A stretch of 64,000 nt of DNA, taken from positions 105,400,001-105,464,000 of the forward strand of contig NC_043004.1 in the NCBI RefSeq assembly GCF_006345805.1. Direction: 5' to 3'. Positions 38,877 through 51,095 of the stretch are shown one piece after another. Positions within the stretch are counted from its first letter, which is position 1, and each line of letters begins with the position of its first letter. A program made the position numbers and the translations under genes. The stretch comes from Octopus sinensis (Eukaryota). The notes beneath the pieces were generated by a model. That model saw only the letters and a program-made list of their open reading frames with translations, was not told where the DNA came from and did no database searches.

Positions 38877-39260
38877 GATATGGCATCTCAAGATGGTTAC
38901 AATATTAGTGATTGTAGGAGCACTTGAAATGATCAAAAATGGAAATGAAAATTATTTGAGAATGATCCCTGGCTTACCATTCATGCAGGAAGTGCAAAAG
39001 ATTGTCTTAACTGGTACAGCACACGTACTGAGAAGAGCATTGTCGCTGTGAATTTTCTTTCTTTTTTTTCCCCTTTATTTTATTTGTTTACTTTTTTTCA
39101 TTTCCCCCCTCTGTCTTTCTTCCATCTTTACTGTATCACAAGATCTTGTAAATGAACAATCTGGTGGATTTATTGCAATGGCCTACCATTGTATGCAGTG
39201 AGTTTCTCAGCCCTAGGGTGACAGGAAAACACTTGGGTAGAAATGGAAACAGAACTGAAA
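38875..39260 (+). mobile_element. R4/Dong-type RLE non-LTR retrotransposon, 3' end
   Basis: IWHLKMVTILVIVGALEMIKNGNENYLRMIPGLPFMQEVQKIVLTGTAHVLRRALSL* resembles the RLE C-terminus (PIVIGALG...QK..LLGTA.ILR); flanked by (TAA)n. Confidence 0.75.
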
Positions 39261-39264
39261 GAAG

Positions 39265-39490
<226 letters not shown>

Positions 39491-39514
39491 TAACGATCTT
39501 ATCTACTAAAGGCA

Positions 39515-39715
39515 CAAGACCTGAAATTTTAGGGAAGTGGACTAGCCCGTTATATCAACCCCAGATATTTCACTGGTACTTAATTTATTGACCCCAAGAG
39601 GATGAAAGGCTAAGTCAGCGTTAGCAGAATTTAAACTCAGAATGCAAAGACAGGTGAAATGCTGCTAAACATTTTACCTAGTATTCTAACGATTCTACCA
39701 GCTTGCTGCCTTAAA
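39515..39715 (-). mobile_element. SINE family B, diverged
   Basis: attgaccccaagaggatgaaaggctaagtcagc...gaatttaaactcagaatg. Confidence 0.75.
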
Positions 39716-39785
39716 TAATAATAATAATAATAGTAACAACAACAACATCAACAACAACAATAATGATAATGATAATAATAATAAT

Positions 39786-40005
39786 ATGGGATCAGTATCA
39801 GAAGGCATAAAGGAAATTGGAATAAAGTGCCCAGTAGAACTGTTACAAAAGATTTGCTTCTTTGGTATGGCCAGAATTATCTGGAAAGTATAAGTTAGCT
39901 GAAAAGAATGGACAGCATGGTACTGTAGGCTGAAAGCAGCAAGACCACTCTGCATGTAAGACTCCAGGAGCTCCAACAAAACCTGTGAAAAAGAGAAATG
40001 ATAAC
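39786..40005 (+). mobile_element. Second R4/Dong-type 3' end
   Basis: ...GIKEIGIKCPVELLQKICFFGMARIIWKV* followed by a short UTR; begins directly after an (AAT)n array. Confidence 0.65.
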
Positions 40006-40666
40006 AATGATTGCACCTAAGATAATCACAAAACCAGAAATTTGGGGCTGGTATTATTCCTCCTCTCCTAGTTTATGATGAACACTATATATATTTATTG
40101 ATACCCAAAGGGTGAAAACAAAGTTGACCTCAGTGAGATATGAGTACTCTGATTTGGTGGAGTAGAAAAATGTCAAGCAACACACACACACACACACCTC
40201 AAGACAAAAACACAAAAACCCCTAAGCACTAGGATGACCGATACTTACCCCAGTTCTTCTATTATCTCTTAAACAATCTCAATGACCCTACAAGCATTTT
40301 GTTCTTTGTCTCTTACTTCAGAATCTGTGGTGTTCAACATATAGACATACTTAAACCACACACATATGAGTGACTGTATATAAATATATATGAAAATCCC
40401 CTGTCACTACCCTATGTGTGTACAAATGTCTGTCTGAGTACATTTGTGTACATATATGTATGTCTATAGATATGTATATGAACAAGTGTGTGTGTCTACC
40501 CATATATCTCCCTTTTAATTCTACCCTAAGCGCATAAGTAAATTTGCATACTTTTTTCTACCCTGGGAGGGAACTTTCCATAGCTATCAACATAAAATTT
40601 CTCACTCATAATGCCTGTATGTTCTGAAAATGTAATTTTACCAAATAAAGTGCTCTGTATATTCAA

Positions 40667-40747
40667 GACTCTGATGAAACTATAGAATGCTGTCCTGGTA
40701 TTCAACTAAGAGTCAACCACATCCTATAGCAGAAACAACTGTAAGCT
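40667..40747 (+). ncRNA. Decayed type-I hammerhead motif
   Basis: gact CTGATGA aa CTATAG...CTATAG ca GAAAC AACT GTA agct. Core intact; stem I is weak. Confidence 0.5.
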
Positions 40748-41002
40748 AATGAAGTTCATTACATAACATTTGGTTTTTCCAGTTTCATATCTTTGTTTTC
40801 TGTTACCACTCTATACTCATATATAATTGAGTTCTACACCAGGTTATTAGTCTCACTATGCCTAAACAAATTATTAAAATATATATGAGCAAACCAAAAA
40901 TAAAAACAAAAACAGGAAAAACAACGTAAGTCAAAAGGACTTACACAGTGAATGTATCAGGTTGGTGCTCAGAGAAAGTTTAAGATGGTAAAATCAGTGG
41001 GG

Positions 41003-41036
41003 TGTGACATTTAGAGCATAAATCTTCGTCAGAAGG
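41003..41036 (-). ncRNA. Decayed minimal hammerhead motif
   Basis: Reverse complement: cctt CTGACGA AGA tttatgc TCT AAAT GTC acac; resembles the 62071 family with the GAAAC core eroded. Confidence 0.35.
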
Positions 41037-41221
41037 GGGAAAGAGGAAAAGTCCAGAAAGAAGGAAAAGAAAGTCCAAGAAAAACACATTTGTTGTACCA
41101 TAACTCTGATCTGTTATATGCCATAATCAGGAATATACTACTTGAATACATACATACATACATACACACACATATTTATATATGTATATGTTATGTATGT
41201 ATATATACGTATATAATATAT

Positions 41222-42035
41222 ACTAGCTGACGTACCCGGTAATTCCTGGGAAAGTGGGGCTTATCTCTTGGCTCTATTCTCATAATTATTCCACTAATCC
41301 AATAATACAGAGAATACCGAACTGTCTTACACAGGATCTTGTTTTCAGGATTTCCCAATAAGTTATGAATACCCAAATTGTGAGGTTAATTATACAATAA
41401 CATGAAATTAGTTACCCAATAGTAAGAATTCAGATAAAGTAGCCCCCAAAAGGGCTTTAATGTGTTCCCAGAGTATATAGAACATAGGAGGAAATACTAA
41501 TAAGGTATGTATAATAAAATCATGAAGCATGTTACGTAATAACAGGCTAATCAGATATGAAATAACAGTTCAATGTAAATAACTCTGAAAAGGGCTTTTG
41601 TGCATTCCCAGAGAAAATTACCCTCAGGGGCACTAGTGTTGGTATATTCATGAATTAGTCACTAACTGAAATAAGTGGATATATAGTTTAGGAAAATACT
41701 ATTTACTTATTTAAGGGTTGTACAGGATAAATTGCAAAAAAAATAACTCTAACTGTTCAAATACTAAGAAATAAGCATACTTAATTTCATTGTTACCAAA
41801 TAATTTAGGAAAATGAATGGGATATTTCCCTTGGCTATATATAAGGATCCTTCCAGGGGCCCTATTATCGATTTTTTTTTTCAACAATCTGAGTATGCCA
41901 TGAGGTTTCCTCACATGAGTTCTACTCACGTGTTAAGTTTCATCAAAATCAATAAAACGATGTAGGAGGAGTTAGCTAACAACTCAACAAACACACCCAC
42001 AGACAGAATTTCCTACATATGTAGTGTGTATATAT
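41222..42035 (+). mobile_element. Non-autonomous Helitron-like element
   Basis: Starts ACTAGCTGACGTACCCGG after (TA)n and ends with aagtttcatcaaaatc...gtaggaggagttag...acagacagaatttcc. Both ends resemble invertebrate non-autonomous Helitron-type elements (recalled, not searched). Confidence 0.5.
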
Positions 42036-42054
42036 ATATATATATACATATAAG

Positions 42055-42500
42055 GACTTGGAACAGAGTAATCCAAGAAGACATGGGGAAAAGTATTGAA
42101 GGACAACCTCAAAGTGCTGAACCTTTCAAATGAGATGACAAAGGACCAAGATACCTGGCGCCTTGCTGTACTTAAGAAGATCCTTCCTTCACAGCAGAAG
42201 TGTTAAGGTCACATCTGCTAGTGAAGAGGATTGGCCTGCAAAGTCCTGTACTGGTGCCATGTAAAAACCACTCATTCCGGTGTCATGTGAAAGTGTTGGT
42301 GTCAGTGCCACCTTAACAATATCCAGCACACACTGTGAACTGGTTGGTGTTGGGGGGGGGGAGTATCCAGCAGTAGAAATCTAACTATATCAAACTGGAA
42401 CCAGGTGCAGCTCTCTGGTTTGTCAGCTCTGGTCAAATCGTCCAACCCATGCCAGCATGGAAAACAGATGTTAAAAAATGATGATGATGATGATAATGAT
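42055..42500 (+). mobile_element. Decayed RTE 3' end
   Basis: gagtaatccaagaagacatggggaaaagta...gatgacaaaggaccaagatacctgg...ccaacccatgccagcatggaaaacagatgttaaaaaatgatgatg. Confidence 0.7.
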
Positions 42501-43477
42501 GATATATATACAAGGTTGTCAAACAAATTCGATTTTTCTTTCCATTTATTTTAATCCTTTCTAATGTTATTTGAATTAATGCACAAAACATTTTTATTGT
42601 AGCATTTTATGGTTTTTCTTGTAGCTATATTCTTCCGCTGCAACTTTTGTTTGTTTTTGAAATTTGAATAAATTTTACCACTTTCCAGACATATAAATGA
42701 GAGCCAAGTAGTAAAAAATTTTTCCGATAACCCAACATATGTATATATGTACATACATATATATATATATATCTTAGAATTATTTCACTATATATCTCTA
42801 AATTCTTGACTATTTGGAAAATCAATTTTAACATTCAGTGACTAAATTATTATTAGAATTAATGTCAAGAAAAGGTTAATGACGGTAGTTCTAATTTGGG
42901 TAGAGTGTCTAATTAGAATATAGGTCCAATTAGAGTGGTGGGCCTAATTGAAATGGTAGGACTAATTGGGGGTGGGTAGGTCTCTATAGGATGGTACACC
43001 TAACACAGATTGTTATCGCTGTTTAACCCCAGGATAGCTCTAATTAAGCAGACCTTTGATGAAAAGCTTTCCACTAGTGTCCATTCTATATTTGTTTCCT
43101 ATGTTCATGGAGTCTAGAACTAAATTATTCTGCATGTCCTTCTCTATGACGTGAGTGGATCAACTTGGTTGCAATTCGTAGGTGGCTGAGTGATTACATA
43201 GAGCAGTCCGAACTGAATTATTATGAACACATACAACATTCCAGCCAATGAAATTAGACTGGAGCCATGCTGGGTCCCAACCTTGAAAAATTTTAGTTGA
43301 ATGAATTGATTTAGTGCTTTATTTTAAAACTTGGTCTCTTTTGCCAGACTGCTAAGTTATGGGAATGTATATACACCAGCAATGGTTGCCAAGTGGTGGT
43401 GGAGGACAAACATAGATACAAAGATATACTCCACCACACACACACATTTATATATATATATATATAAGTTGTGTGAA

Positions 43478-44070
43478 AAAGTGCCACACCCTAGTGGTTG
43501 AGGGAACCTGTGGAAGAGGTAGACCCAAGAAAACCTGGGACGAGGTGGTGAAGCATGACCTTCGCTCTTTAGGTCTCACCGAGGAAATGACCAGAGACCG
43601 AGACCTTTGAAGTATGCTGTGCGTGAGAAGACCCGGCAGGACAAGTGAGGCCATAACCCGTGGCCCCTACCTGGGACGTAGTCAGTCCACTTGTGCATAC
43701 CTTCCTTCTTGGGACACATAACTCTACTTGTGAAGACCTGTTGAGGCAAGTGAAAATCAAAGAATCAAAAAATCAAATCGAAATCGAAATCGATCAACAA
43801 CTATGGAATTTGTAGTTTGTGGTACCAGTGCTGGTGACACATAAGAGAACCATCCGAACATGGCCGTAGCCAGCACCGCATCGACTGGCCTCCATGCTGA
43901 TGGCACGTAACAAACACCATTCGATCGTGGCCATTGCCAGCCTTGCCTGGCCTCCGTGCCGGTGGCACGTAAAAAGCACCCTCTGAGTGTGGCCGTTCGC
44001 CAGCCTCGTCTGGCACCTGTGTCGGTGGCACATAAAAAGCACCCACTACACTCACAGAGTGGTTGGCATT
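43478..44070 (+). mobile_element. RTE ORF2 C-terminus plus single-unit 3' UTR (tail missing)
   Basis: VKKCHTLVVEGTCGRGRPKKTWDEVVKHDLRSLGLTEEMTRDRDL*...EKTRQDK*; the 3' UTR is collinear with 56540 onward. Confidence 0.9.
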
Positions 44071-44323
44071 TACATATATTTTTATACGTATTTATATTTA
44101 TTTATTTATATATTTTTAATACAATAATAATTTTTTTCACATGTGTATATCTTTCTGGGGATTTTTCTGATATTGATTTCCTAATATTAATAATAACATA
44201 TTATTGAAATATATATATATATGTATATAATCACTCGTATTAAATATATAAATACTTTAATACAATAGAGCACTCAGTATAAATTCAGTATATAATATTC
44301 TCATTGAATATATTTAACTAAAG

Positions 44324-44354
<31 letters not shown>

Positions 44355-44365
<11 letters not shown>

Positions 44366-44520
44366 TGGACTTCTTTCAGTTTCCGACTTTCAAATCCACT
44401 TACAAGACTTTGATTGGCTCAAGGCTATAGTAGAATATACTTGTCCAGGGTACAATGTAGTGGGACTGAACCCAGAACCATATGGTTGGGAAGCAAATTT
44501 CTTACCATACAGCCATGTTC
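44355..44520 (-). mobile_element. SINE family A, 5' half
   Basis: cttctttcagtttccg...tagtgggactgaacccagaaccatatgg...ccatacagccatg. Confidence 0.8.
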
Positions 44521-44842
44521 CTATCTACAGTTCACCATTGTGGTTGATTGGAGCTCTGTTTTGAAAGTACAATTCTATGCTTAACCACAATAGCTCATCA
44601 GAGGAACACACTATTGCATTATGTTACAGAGATCTGTGATATAATTTGATATATATTTGTTTTTCACATTTTACCCTATATTTGTTCTGTAAATCATAAC
44701 CAGTAATACTTCTAAGTACAGTAGTAGCCAAAACTGCACTGGAAGCTGACTGGATGATGATAATCTATGTAGAACTCTAAATGCAACAGTAGCAGTTGTA
44801 CATCTATTTCTATATGCAAAATATATAAGCATATATTATTAA

Positions 44843-44943
44843 GTTTGACTCAGCTGCACATGACTTAAAGCTCCAAGAATCTGATGAGATGGATGTGTCC
44901 TACACACCTACGAAACTTTAAGTCATGTGGAGCTGAGTCAAGC
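44843..44943. repeat. Inverted repeat: 25-bp core (44846-44870 / 44916-44940) with one G.G mismatch, extendable to 28 bp
   Basis: tgactcagctgcacatgacttaaag versus ctttaagtcatgtggagctgagtca. Confidence 0.95.
44869..44934 (+). ncRNA. Type-I hammerhead ribozyme, canonical core, GUC site (predicted cleavage after 44924)
   Basis: Stem I AGCUCCA(44869-44875)/UGGAGCU(44928-44934), internal loop AGA/G, then AU/AU; CUGAUGA at 44881-44887; stem II closed by G44888-C44911 with GG.UGUGU/ACACA.CC; GAAAC at 44912-44916, UUUAA, GUC at 44922-44924. Confidence 0.75.
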
Positions 44944-45135
44944 AGTTATTAAAAAAAATATATGTAACTCCTACCAAATGTGTAGAATGCTTCTTTCTTT
45001 CGTTCATTCACCCAATCAGATTGTATATATGTTAAGGATAGGTCAGCTCTCTGAATTTTTAGTATATTATTTGTTATTCATTGATGACCAAGGTCACAAA
45101 CATTGTGTGTGTATATGTGTGTGAACCTCCCTCCC

Positions 45136-45170
<35 letters not shown>

Positions 45171-45199
45171 GTCTGTGTGTGTGTTTTTGTGTGAATAAA

Positions 45200-45423
45200 T
45201 TGGATAAAGATTCTTAATAATATATATGTGTACATATATGTGCATGTGTATATATATTTACGTGTATATACATGTGTGTGTGTACATATATATATATGTA
45301 TGTATGTATATGTATATATATATATATATGTTGTATATGTATATATATATGTATATATGTGTGTGTGTATATATATATATATACACACACACATATACAT
45401 ATATATATATATATACATAGACA

Positions 45424-45461
<38 letters not shown>

Positions 45462-45477
45462 AATATGTGTGTGTATG

Positions 45478-45508
<31 letters not shown>

Positions 45509-45816
45509 TATATATAAATATATATATATATATGTATACACACACATATAAGCACACATATACACTCACACACGCATAAAATGTATGTATGATATGATGT
45601 AGATGTATGTAAATCTGTGTGTATATACATATTTGTGTGTAGGTGTGTTAAGGTCAACTGACATTACAATGGTTTTATCTATTTTCAGAATCTTCACTGT
45701 TAAGGTTTTACTGATGAAGTGTAAGGTTTCCTTCTTCTACATGTAGCTTGTGAGTAGGTGTATATCTGTCAAGTTGCACATGTGTGTAATGTGTGTGTAT
45801 ATGTATGTGTGTATGA

Positions 45817-45855
<39 letters not shown>

Positions 45856-45921
45856 ATGTATGTGTATGCGTATATATATGTATATGCACATATATATGTA
45901 TATATATATTATGTGTCTATG

Positions 45922-45963
<42 letters not shown>

Positions 45964-45990
45964 TATATATATATATGTATATGTTATTTT
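45200..45990. repeat. (TA)n/(TG)n microsatellite blocks surrounding a short unique island
   Basis: Seen directly. Confidence 0.9.
45689..45720 (+). CDS. Candidate 32-nt exon ((R)IFTVKVLLMK)
   Basis: ggttttatctattttcag| acceptor and agt|gtaagg donor, in a unique island within microsatellites; one frame is open throughout. Confidence 0.35.
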
Positions 45991-46189
45991 GTGTGCATGT
46001 GTAAATAAATTGATACTCTGTTGGTTAGGATGACAAAGGTTCTAGTTGATCCATATCAACAGAACAACCTGCTCATGAAATTAATGTGCAAGTGATTGAG
46101 CACTTCACAAACACATGCACCTTCAATGTAGTTCTTAGGAAGATCCAGGAGTGGGACACAGAATGTGACAAGGCTAGTTCTTTGAATTA

Positions 46190-46440
46190 CAGTTTCTTGG
46201 CTTGAATGGCGTATAGGTTCCCCACCTCGACAGGATGCCAGTCCATCACAGGTGAGCAGCTAAATGCAGGAGGAAAGAGTGAGAGAAAGTTGTGGTGAAA
46301 GAGTCAGCAGGAGTTCACCGTTACCTTCTGCTGAAGCCGCATGGAGTTTAGGTGTTTCGCTCATAAACACACATATCACCTGGTCTGAGATTCGAACTCA
46401 CGATCCTTCGACTGTGAGTCCGCTGCTCTAACCACTAGTA
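46190..46440 (-). mobile_element. tRNA-headed SINE (family C-related head, different body)
   Basis: Reverse complement starts ctagtggttagagcagcggactcacagtcgaaggatcgtgagttcgaatctcagacc (clear A and B boxes). Confidence 0.75.
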
Positions 46441-46574
46441 TTGTTACTATAAGTTTCAGTATAACCAAAGAAGCTAAACTTCTGTCATCATTGGTCAACA
46501 TCTTAACATCTGCATATTGCCACCCGTGATTCAAAAAAAGGGTATATGAATTAATTCTATATTCTGTAGATGCA

Positions 46575-46747
46575 AGCTTGGCTGTGTTAAGAAGCTTGCT
46601 TTGCAATCACGTGGTTTTGGGTTCAGTCCCATTGCATGGCACCTTAGGCAACAGTCTTCCACTATAGTCCTGGGCCAACGAATGTCTTGTGAGTGAATTT
46701 GGTAAACAGAAACTGTGTGGAATCTTGTTGTGTGTGGGTGTGCTCAC

Positions 46748-46782
<35 letters not shown>

Positions 46783-46955
46783 TGTTTGTCTCTCACCACT
46801 GCTTAACAACTGTGTTGGTTTGTTTATGTCCTTTTTAATTAGCAGTTCAGCAAAAGAGATTGATAGAATAAGTACCAGATTTAAAAATAAGTACTGGGGT
46901 CAATTTGTTAGACTAAACCCTTCAAGGCAGTGCCCCAGCATGAGCACAGTCCAAA
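46575..46955 (+). mobile_element. SINE family A, full-length
   Basis: ttggctgtgttaagaagcttgc...gggttcagtccc...(TG)n...caaggcagtgccccagcatgagcacagtc. Confidence 0.85.
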
Positions 46956-47288
46956 GATAAGATTCCTTATACTGAGTTCTCTTCGTGTTGACATATTCAT
47001 CCCATCTCATCTTTTATAACCATGTGTGTAAATCGGTGTGTGAATGTTGATGCTCTGTTAGCATGTGTGTCAGTGAACGTGTAACAGTGTGTGTGTATGT
47101 GTGTGTGTGTGTGTCTGTCTATCTGTCAGTGTGTGTGTGTGTGTGTAAATGTGTTTATGTATGAGCCTGTATCAGTGTTTATCTGTTGATGTTTGAATGC
47201 ATGTTTGTCTGCATAGATTTCTTTTTTCACCTTTATGAATTTTTGCGCATTGGAAAGTATAAAAAAAGTTTTTTATATGTGTGTGTGT

Positions 47289-47331
<43 letters not shown>

Positions 47332-47555
47332 ATTATACTTTTGTCTTGTTTTTCTTGCATCTATACATGAATGCATGAGATGTAGCTTTTATGAATAGAT
47401 AAATATATAGTTAGGTTGACAATATATACATAGATATATTGATAAATAAACAGATAGACTTAAATATCTAATTGTGTGAATTTGCTCGACTAAAGGCGTT
47501 GCTCCAGCATGGCCACAGTCAAATGACTGAAACAAGTAAAAGAGTAAAAAGAGTA

Positions 47556-47595
<40 letters not shown>

Positions 47596-48639
47596 TATAC
47601 ATATATATATATATATATGTAGTGTACTGTTCTTTGATGATAAGATCAAGTTATTCTAAATACGGATGTAATTTTTTCAAATTATTAACTTCATATTGGC
47701 AATAACAGATTCTTAAAAAAATATTTAATATTTAATAAGATATCTTGATATTTTTAAAAGTGTTTCTTTTATTAGTTATGGATATCTATTCATAAGCCAA
47801 ATAACTTAAAACTTTCCCTTTCTTATGGAACAAATAGAAAACAATAACTGTTTCATTTGTTCACTCAGTTAAACTACCAGGCTCATTCATATTGCATGCA
47901 AATGGCTGAGTAATCCTCATACATGTGTACCTTTAAAGTATATTCTTAGTGAGAATCAGCATTATAGTTTCCCTAACAAAACTAGCTCTTAGAATTATAA
48001 ATACAATCCATTTATGGGGCTTCCAAGTAATTTCTGTCTCCCCAGTTTCATGTTCATGGCTTGGGCTCTCTCAAGGTTTTGCTAAAAGACACCCGTTGAA
48101 GATGCCACACAGTGGTATCAAATCCAAGACCTTGTGATTGGTAAGCAAATTTCTAAACCATTTTCCTATGCCTGCATCTGTAATATCCTTAGTCTCTCAA
48201 TTCCTCGTACTTTTCATTTAGAGATAAATGCTACTATTTTGAAACCCTGTCTGGTACACAACCAGATATGATACCTTTCTTTTTGTTCCTATTTTGGCCA
48301 GAGGGAAAGGCCACACCCGGTTCCATAATTTGTTCTGGCTTGGTTTCTACAGCTGGATGCACTCCCTAATACAAACAATTCCAGAGTGTACTGAGTGCTT
48401 TTTACACGGCAGCATCACTAGTGCTTTTTCTGTGGCACCAGCACCCACACCAATGCTTTTTACAAGCACCCATACCAAATGCATATACATATGTATGTCC
48501 ATATGAGAACATGCATAGAGGACATTGTAAACGTGAATCTTATTACATGCAGAGTTTCATGAATGGTACTGAGGTACTTAGTCACATAGCCTGGTGTTTC
48601 AATATAATTTCTACAAATACAACTGAAAGAAACTTAAAA

Positions 48640-48990
48640 CTATAGTCTGGATGGAGTAACTGCAGATTTCTCCTCAGTTCCGCACAGATATCTTATTTCT
48701 CATTAATCTTTAACATTATATTGACATCTGCAGGGCAATTGATTTCAACTACCAGGCAGACTTACTTTTTTCTGTCCTATCTCATCATGTCTGGTCTGTT
48801 GTGCTTGCATTTTATTGAAGTCTTGAAAGGGACACCTCCCCAATGTTCTTTCAGTTTATGATGAGTGATTATGCCCTCAACATATTTGTTGAATCTTACT
48901 TTTGTCTCCTCGGGATTACCATTCTTGCAGATCTCACAATATAATGTTTTAGCCACAACATCATGTCTCAGAGATAGATAATAACATGAT
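48640..48990 (-). mobile_element. R4/Dong-type RLE domain fragment
   Basis: Minus strand YLSLRHDVVAKTLYCEIC...HWGGVPFKTSIKCKHNRPDMMR*DRKK*VCLVVEINCPADVNI...; RHD.VA, HNRPD and E..CP match RLE-clade motifs. Confidence 0.8.
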
Positions 48991-49196
48991 ATCATTTTCA
49001 GACTGCTTAGTTATGATGTTAATTCCACTGTGCAATGCATGCATGTATCTTTCTGCATGTAAGCATGATTTCTCTTTGAGTTTTATTTAAGTTCTTCTTG
49101 AGAGAGTTCAAGCCAGTTGCTAACAAAGCAACAAGATTTTTTGAATTAAGAAAGTTCCTGGTGTTTGTGGTTGAGTTAGTGTGTGTGTGTGTGTGT

Positions 49197-49227
<31 letters not shown>

Positions 49228-49249
49228 TATGTGTGTGTGTGTGTGTGTG

Positions 49250-49280
<31 letters not shown>

Positions 49281-49671
49281 AAGTTAACACTTTAACGTCC
49301 TAAAGTTGATGAACCAACTATTGTGCTTCTCCATTTTCTTATTTGCAATATATATATAGCACACACACACATGTGCACACACATGCACACACACACACAT
49401 GCACACACCACACATGCACACACATACATACTCACAACAAGCTTCCACACAGTTTCACTGACAAAGCATTAATCAGCCCAGGGCTAAGTAGAAGACACTT
49501 GCCCAAGGGGCTTCACAGTGGAATGGAACCCAGAACCACATGACTGCAAAGTGAGCTTCTTGAGCATACAGCCATACTTATGTGCATATGATACTGATAT
49601 ATAATCACAAAAGTGCTCCACGAATACTTATCAATAGGTTAGAATGTTCAGAGCAATGACAAAATATAAAT

Positions 49672-50455
49672 AGGTGTGGCTGGGAGGTAACAAGCTTGCT
49701 TCCCAACCTCATGGTTCTGGGTTCAGTCCCACTGCATGGCACCTCAGGCAAGTGTTTTCTACTATATCCTCAGGCCAACCAAAGCTTTGTGAGTGGATTT
49801 GATAGATGGAAACTGAAAGAAGCCTATCATATATATATATATATATATATACACATCATCATCATCATCATCATCGTTTAACGTCCGCTTTCCATGCTAA
49901 CATGGGTTGGACGGTTCAACTGGGGTCTGGCAAGCCTGAAGGCTGCACCAGGCCAGTCAGATCTGGCAGTGTTTCAACAGCTGGATGCCCTTCCTAACGC
50001 CAACCACTCCGAGAGTGTAGTGGGTGATTATATGTGCCACCGACACAGGTGCCAGACAAGGCTGGCAGACGGTCACGCTCGAATGGTGTTTTTTATGTGC
50101 CACCGACACAGGTGCCAGACGAGGCTGGCGAACGGCTACGATCGGATGGTGTTTGTTACGTGCCCACAGCACGGGGCCAGTATACATATATACATATATA
50201 CATATATACATATATATATATGTATATATTTCTATGTGTGTGTGTCCTTGTGTCTGTGCTTGTCCTCTCCATCACTGCTTGACAACAGGAGTTGGGTGTG
50301 TTTACATCCTTGTAACTTGATGGTTCAGTAAAAGAGACTGATAAAATAAGTACTAGGCTTAAAAAACAAGTTCTGGGGTCGATTTATTCGCCTAAAACCC
50401 CTCAAGGCAGTGCTCCAGCATGGCCACCGTCAAATGACTGAAGCAAGTAAAAGAT
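49672..50455 (+). mobile_element. SINE family A split by a nested RTE module
   Basis: 5' half at 49672-49830 and 3' half at 50230-50455; the insertion lies in the internal (TA)n/(TG)n tract. Confidence 0.8.
49855..50175 (-). mobile_element. RTE 3' UTR module nested in the SINE
   Basis: (CAT)n cgtttaacgtccgc...cagctggatgcccttcc...two gtgccaccgacacaggtgccagac units. Confidence 0.88.
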
Positions 50456-50519
50456 ATCAACTGTACTGGAGACACATTAGAAGTAACTTGAAAACTTTTG
50501 GTACCTGGGTGATCTAATT

Positions 50520-51095
50520 AGCATCAGAGGTGAATGATCTGAAAGCATAGTAGCGACAGCAAGAAGTGGGTGGGAAAATGTAGGATGCTGTTGCAGCTAC
50601 CAGCAACAAAGGGATTGTTTTTGTGAATGAAGAGATTATTTGATATTTGTGCATAAAGAACAATGTCCCTTGGCAGCAAAATATGGGCCTTAAATGAGGA
50701 GGATGCATAGAGGCTGGAAAGAAATGCGATGAGTGTGCTCTGTTGGACGTGTAATATTAAATGTATATGAACAATAGAATATGATCTGAGAGAAAAACTT
50801 GTAGAGAGACGAGAAGAGACAGCACTGATATGGAAATGTGATGTGTATGAAGGATGACAGTAGAGCAAAGAATTGCCAAGATATGTCAGTGGATGGAGCA
50901 TACAGAAGAGGAAAACCAAGAAGAGGAAGACATGAACAGAAGTAGTGAAATCTGATTCCAGGAGGTTAAACTTCACCAAGGAGATGACAAGTAACTGCAA
51001 TAAATGGTGAAAAGCTTTGCTGGAGAACAGCCATCCAACTTATGCAAGCATGGGAAAGCATACACGAAATGCTGATGTTGAATATGATGTTGATG
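50520..51095 (+). mobile_element. Decayed RTE ORF2 C-terminus with short 3' end
   Basis: aggctggaaagaaatgcgatgagtgtgctctgttggacgtg...agagacgagaagagacagcactgatatgga...aaaaccaagaagagg...catgaacagaagtagtg, homologous to the RTE C-terminal coding region. Confidence 0.7.

Noticed and set aside
44860-44926. SECIS element (AUGA, 11 nt, then AA at 44860-44876, with an upstream in-frame TGA)
   Set aside because: The 3' side reads UCAU rather than UGAN, giving Watson-Crick pairs instead of the G.A/A.G quartet, and no credible selenoprotein exon is present.
44881-44936. C/D-box snoRNA reading of CUGAUGA...CUGA
   Set aside because: Box C lacks the 5' purine, the span is short, and the following stem-GAAAC-GUC arrangement fits a hammerhead better.
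46380-46440. tRNA gene calls for tRNA-like heads (also 8428, 20780 and 37895)
   Set aside because: A and B boxes are present but there is no complete cloverleaf, and each runs into a repeated SINE body.
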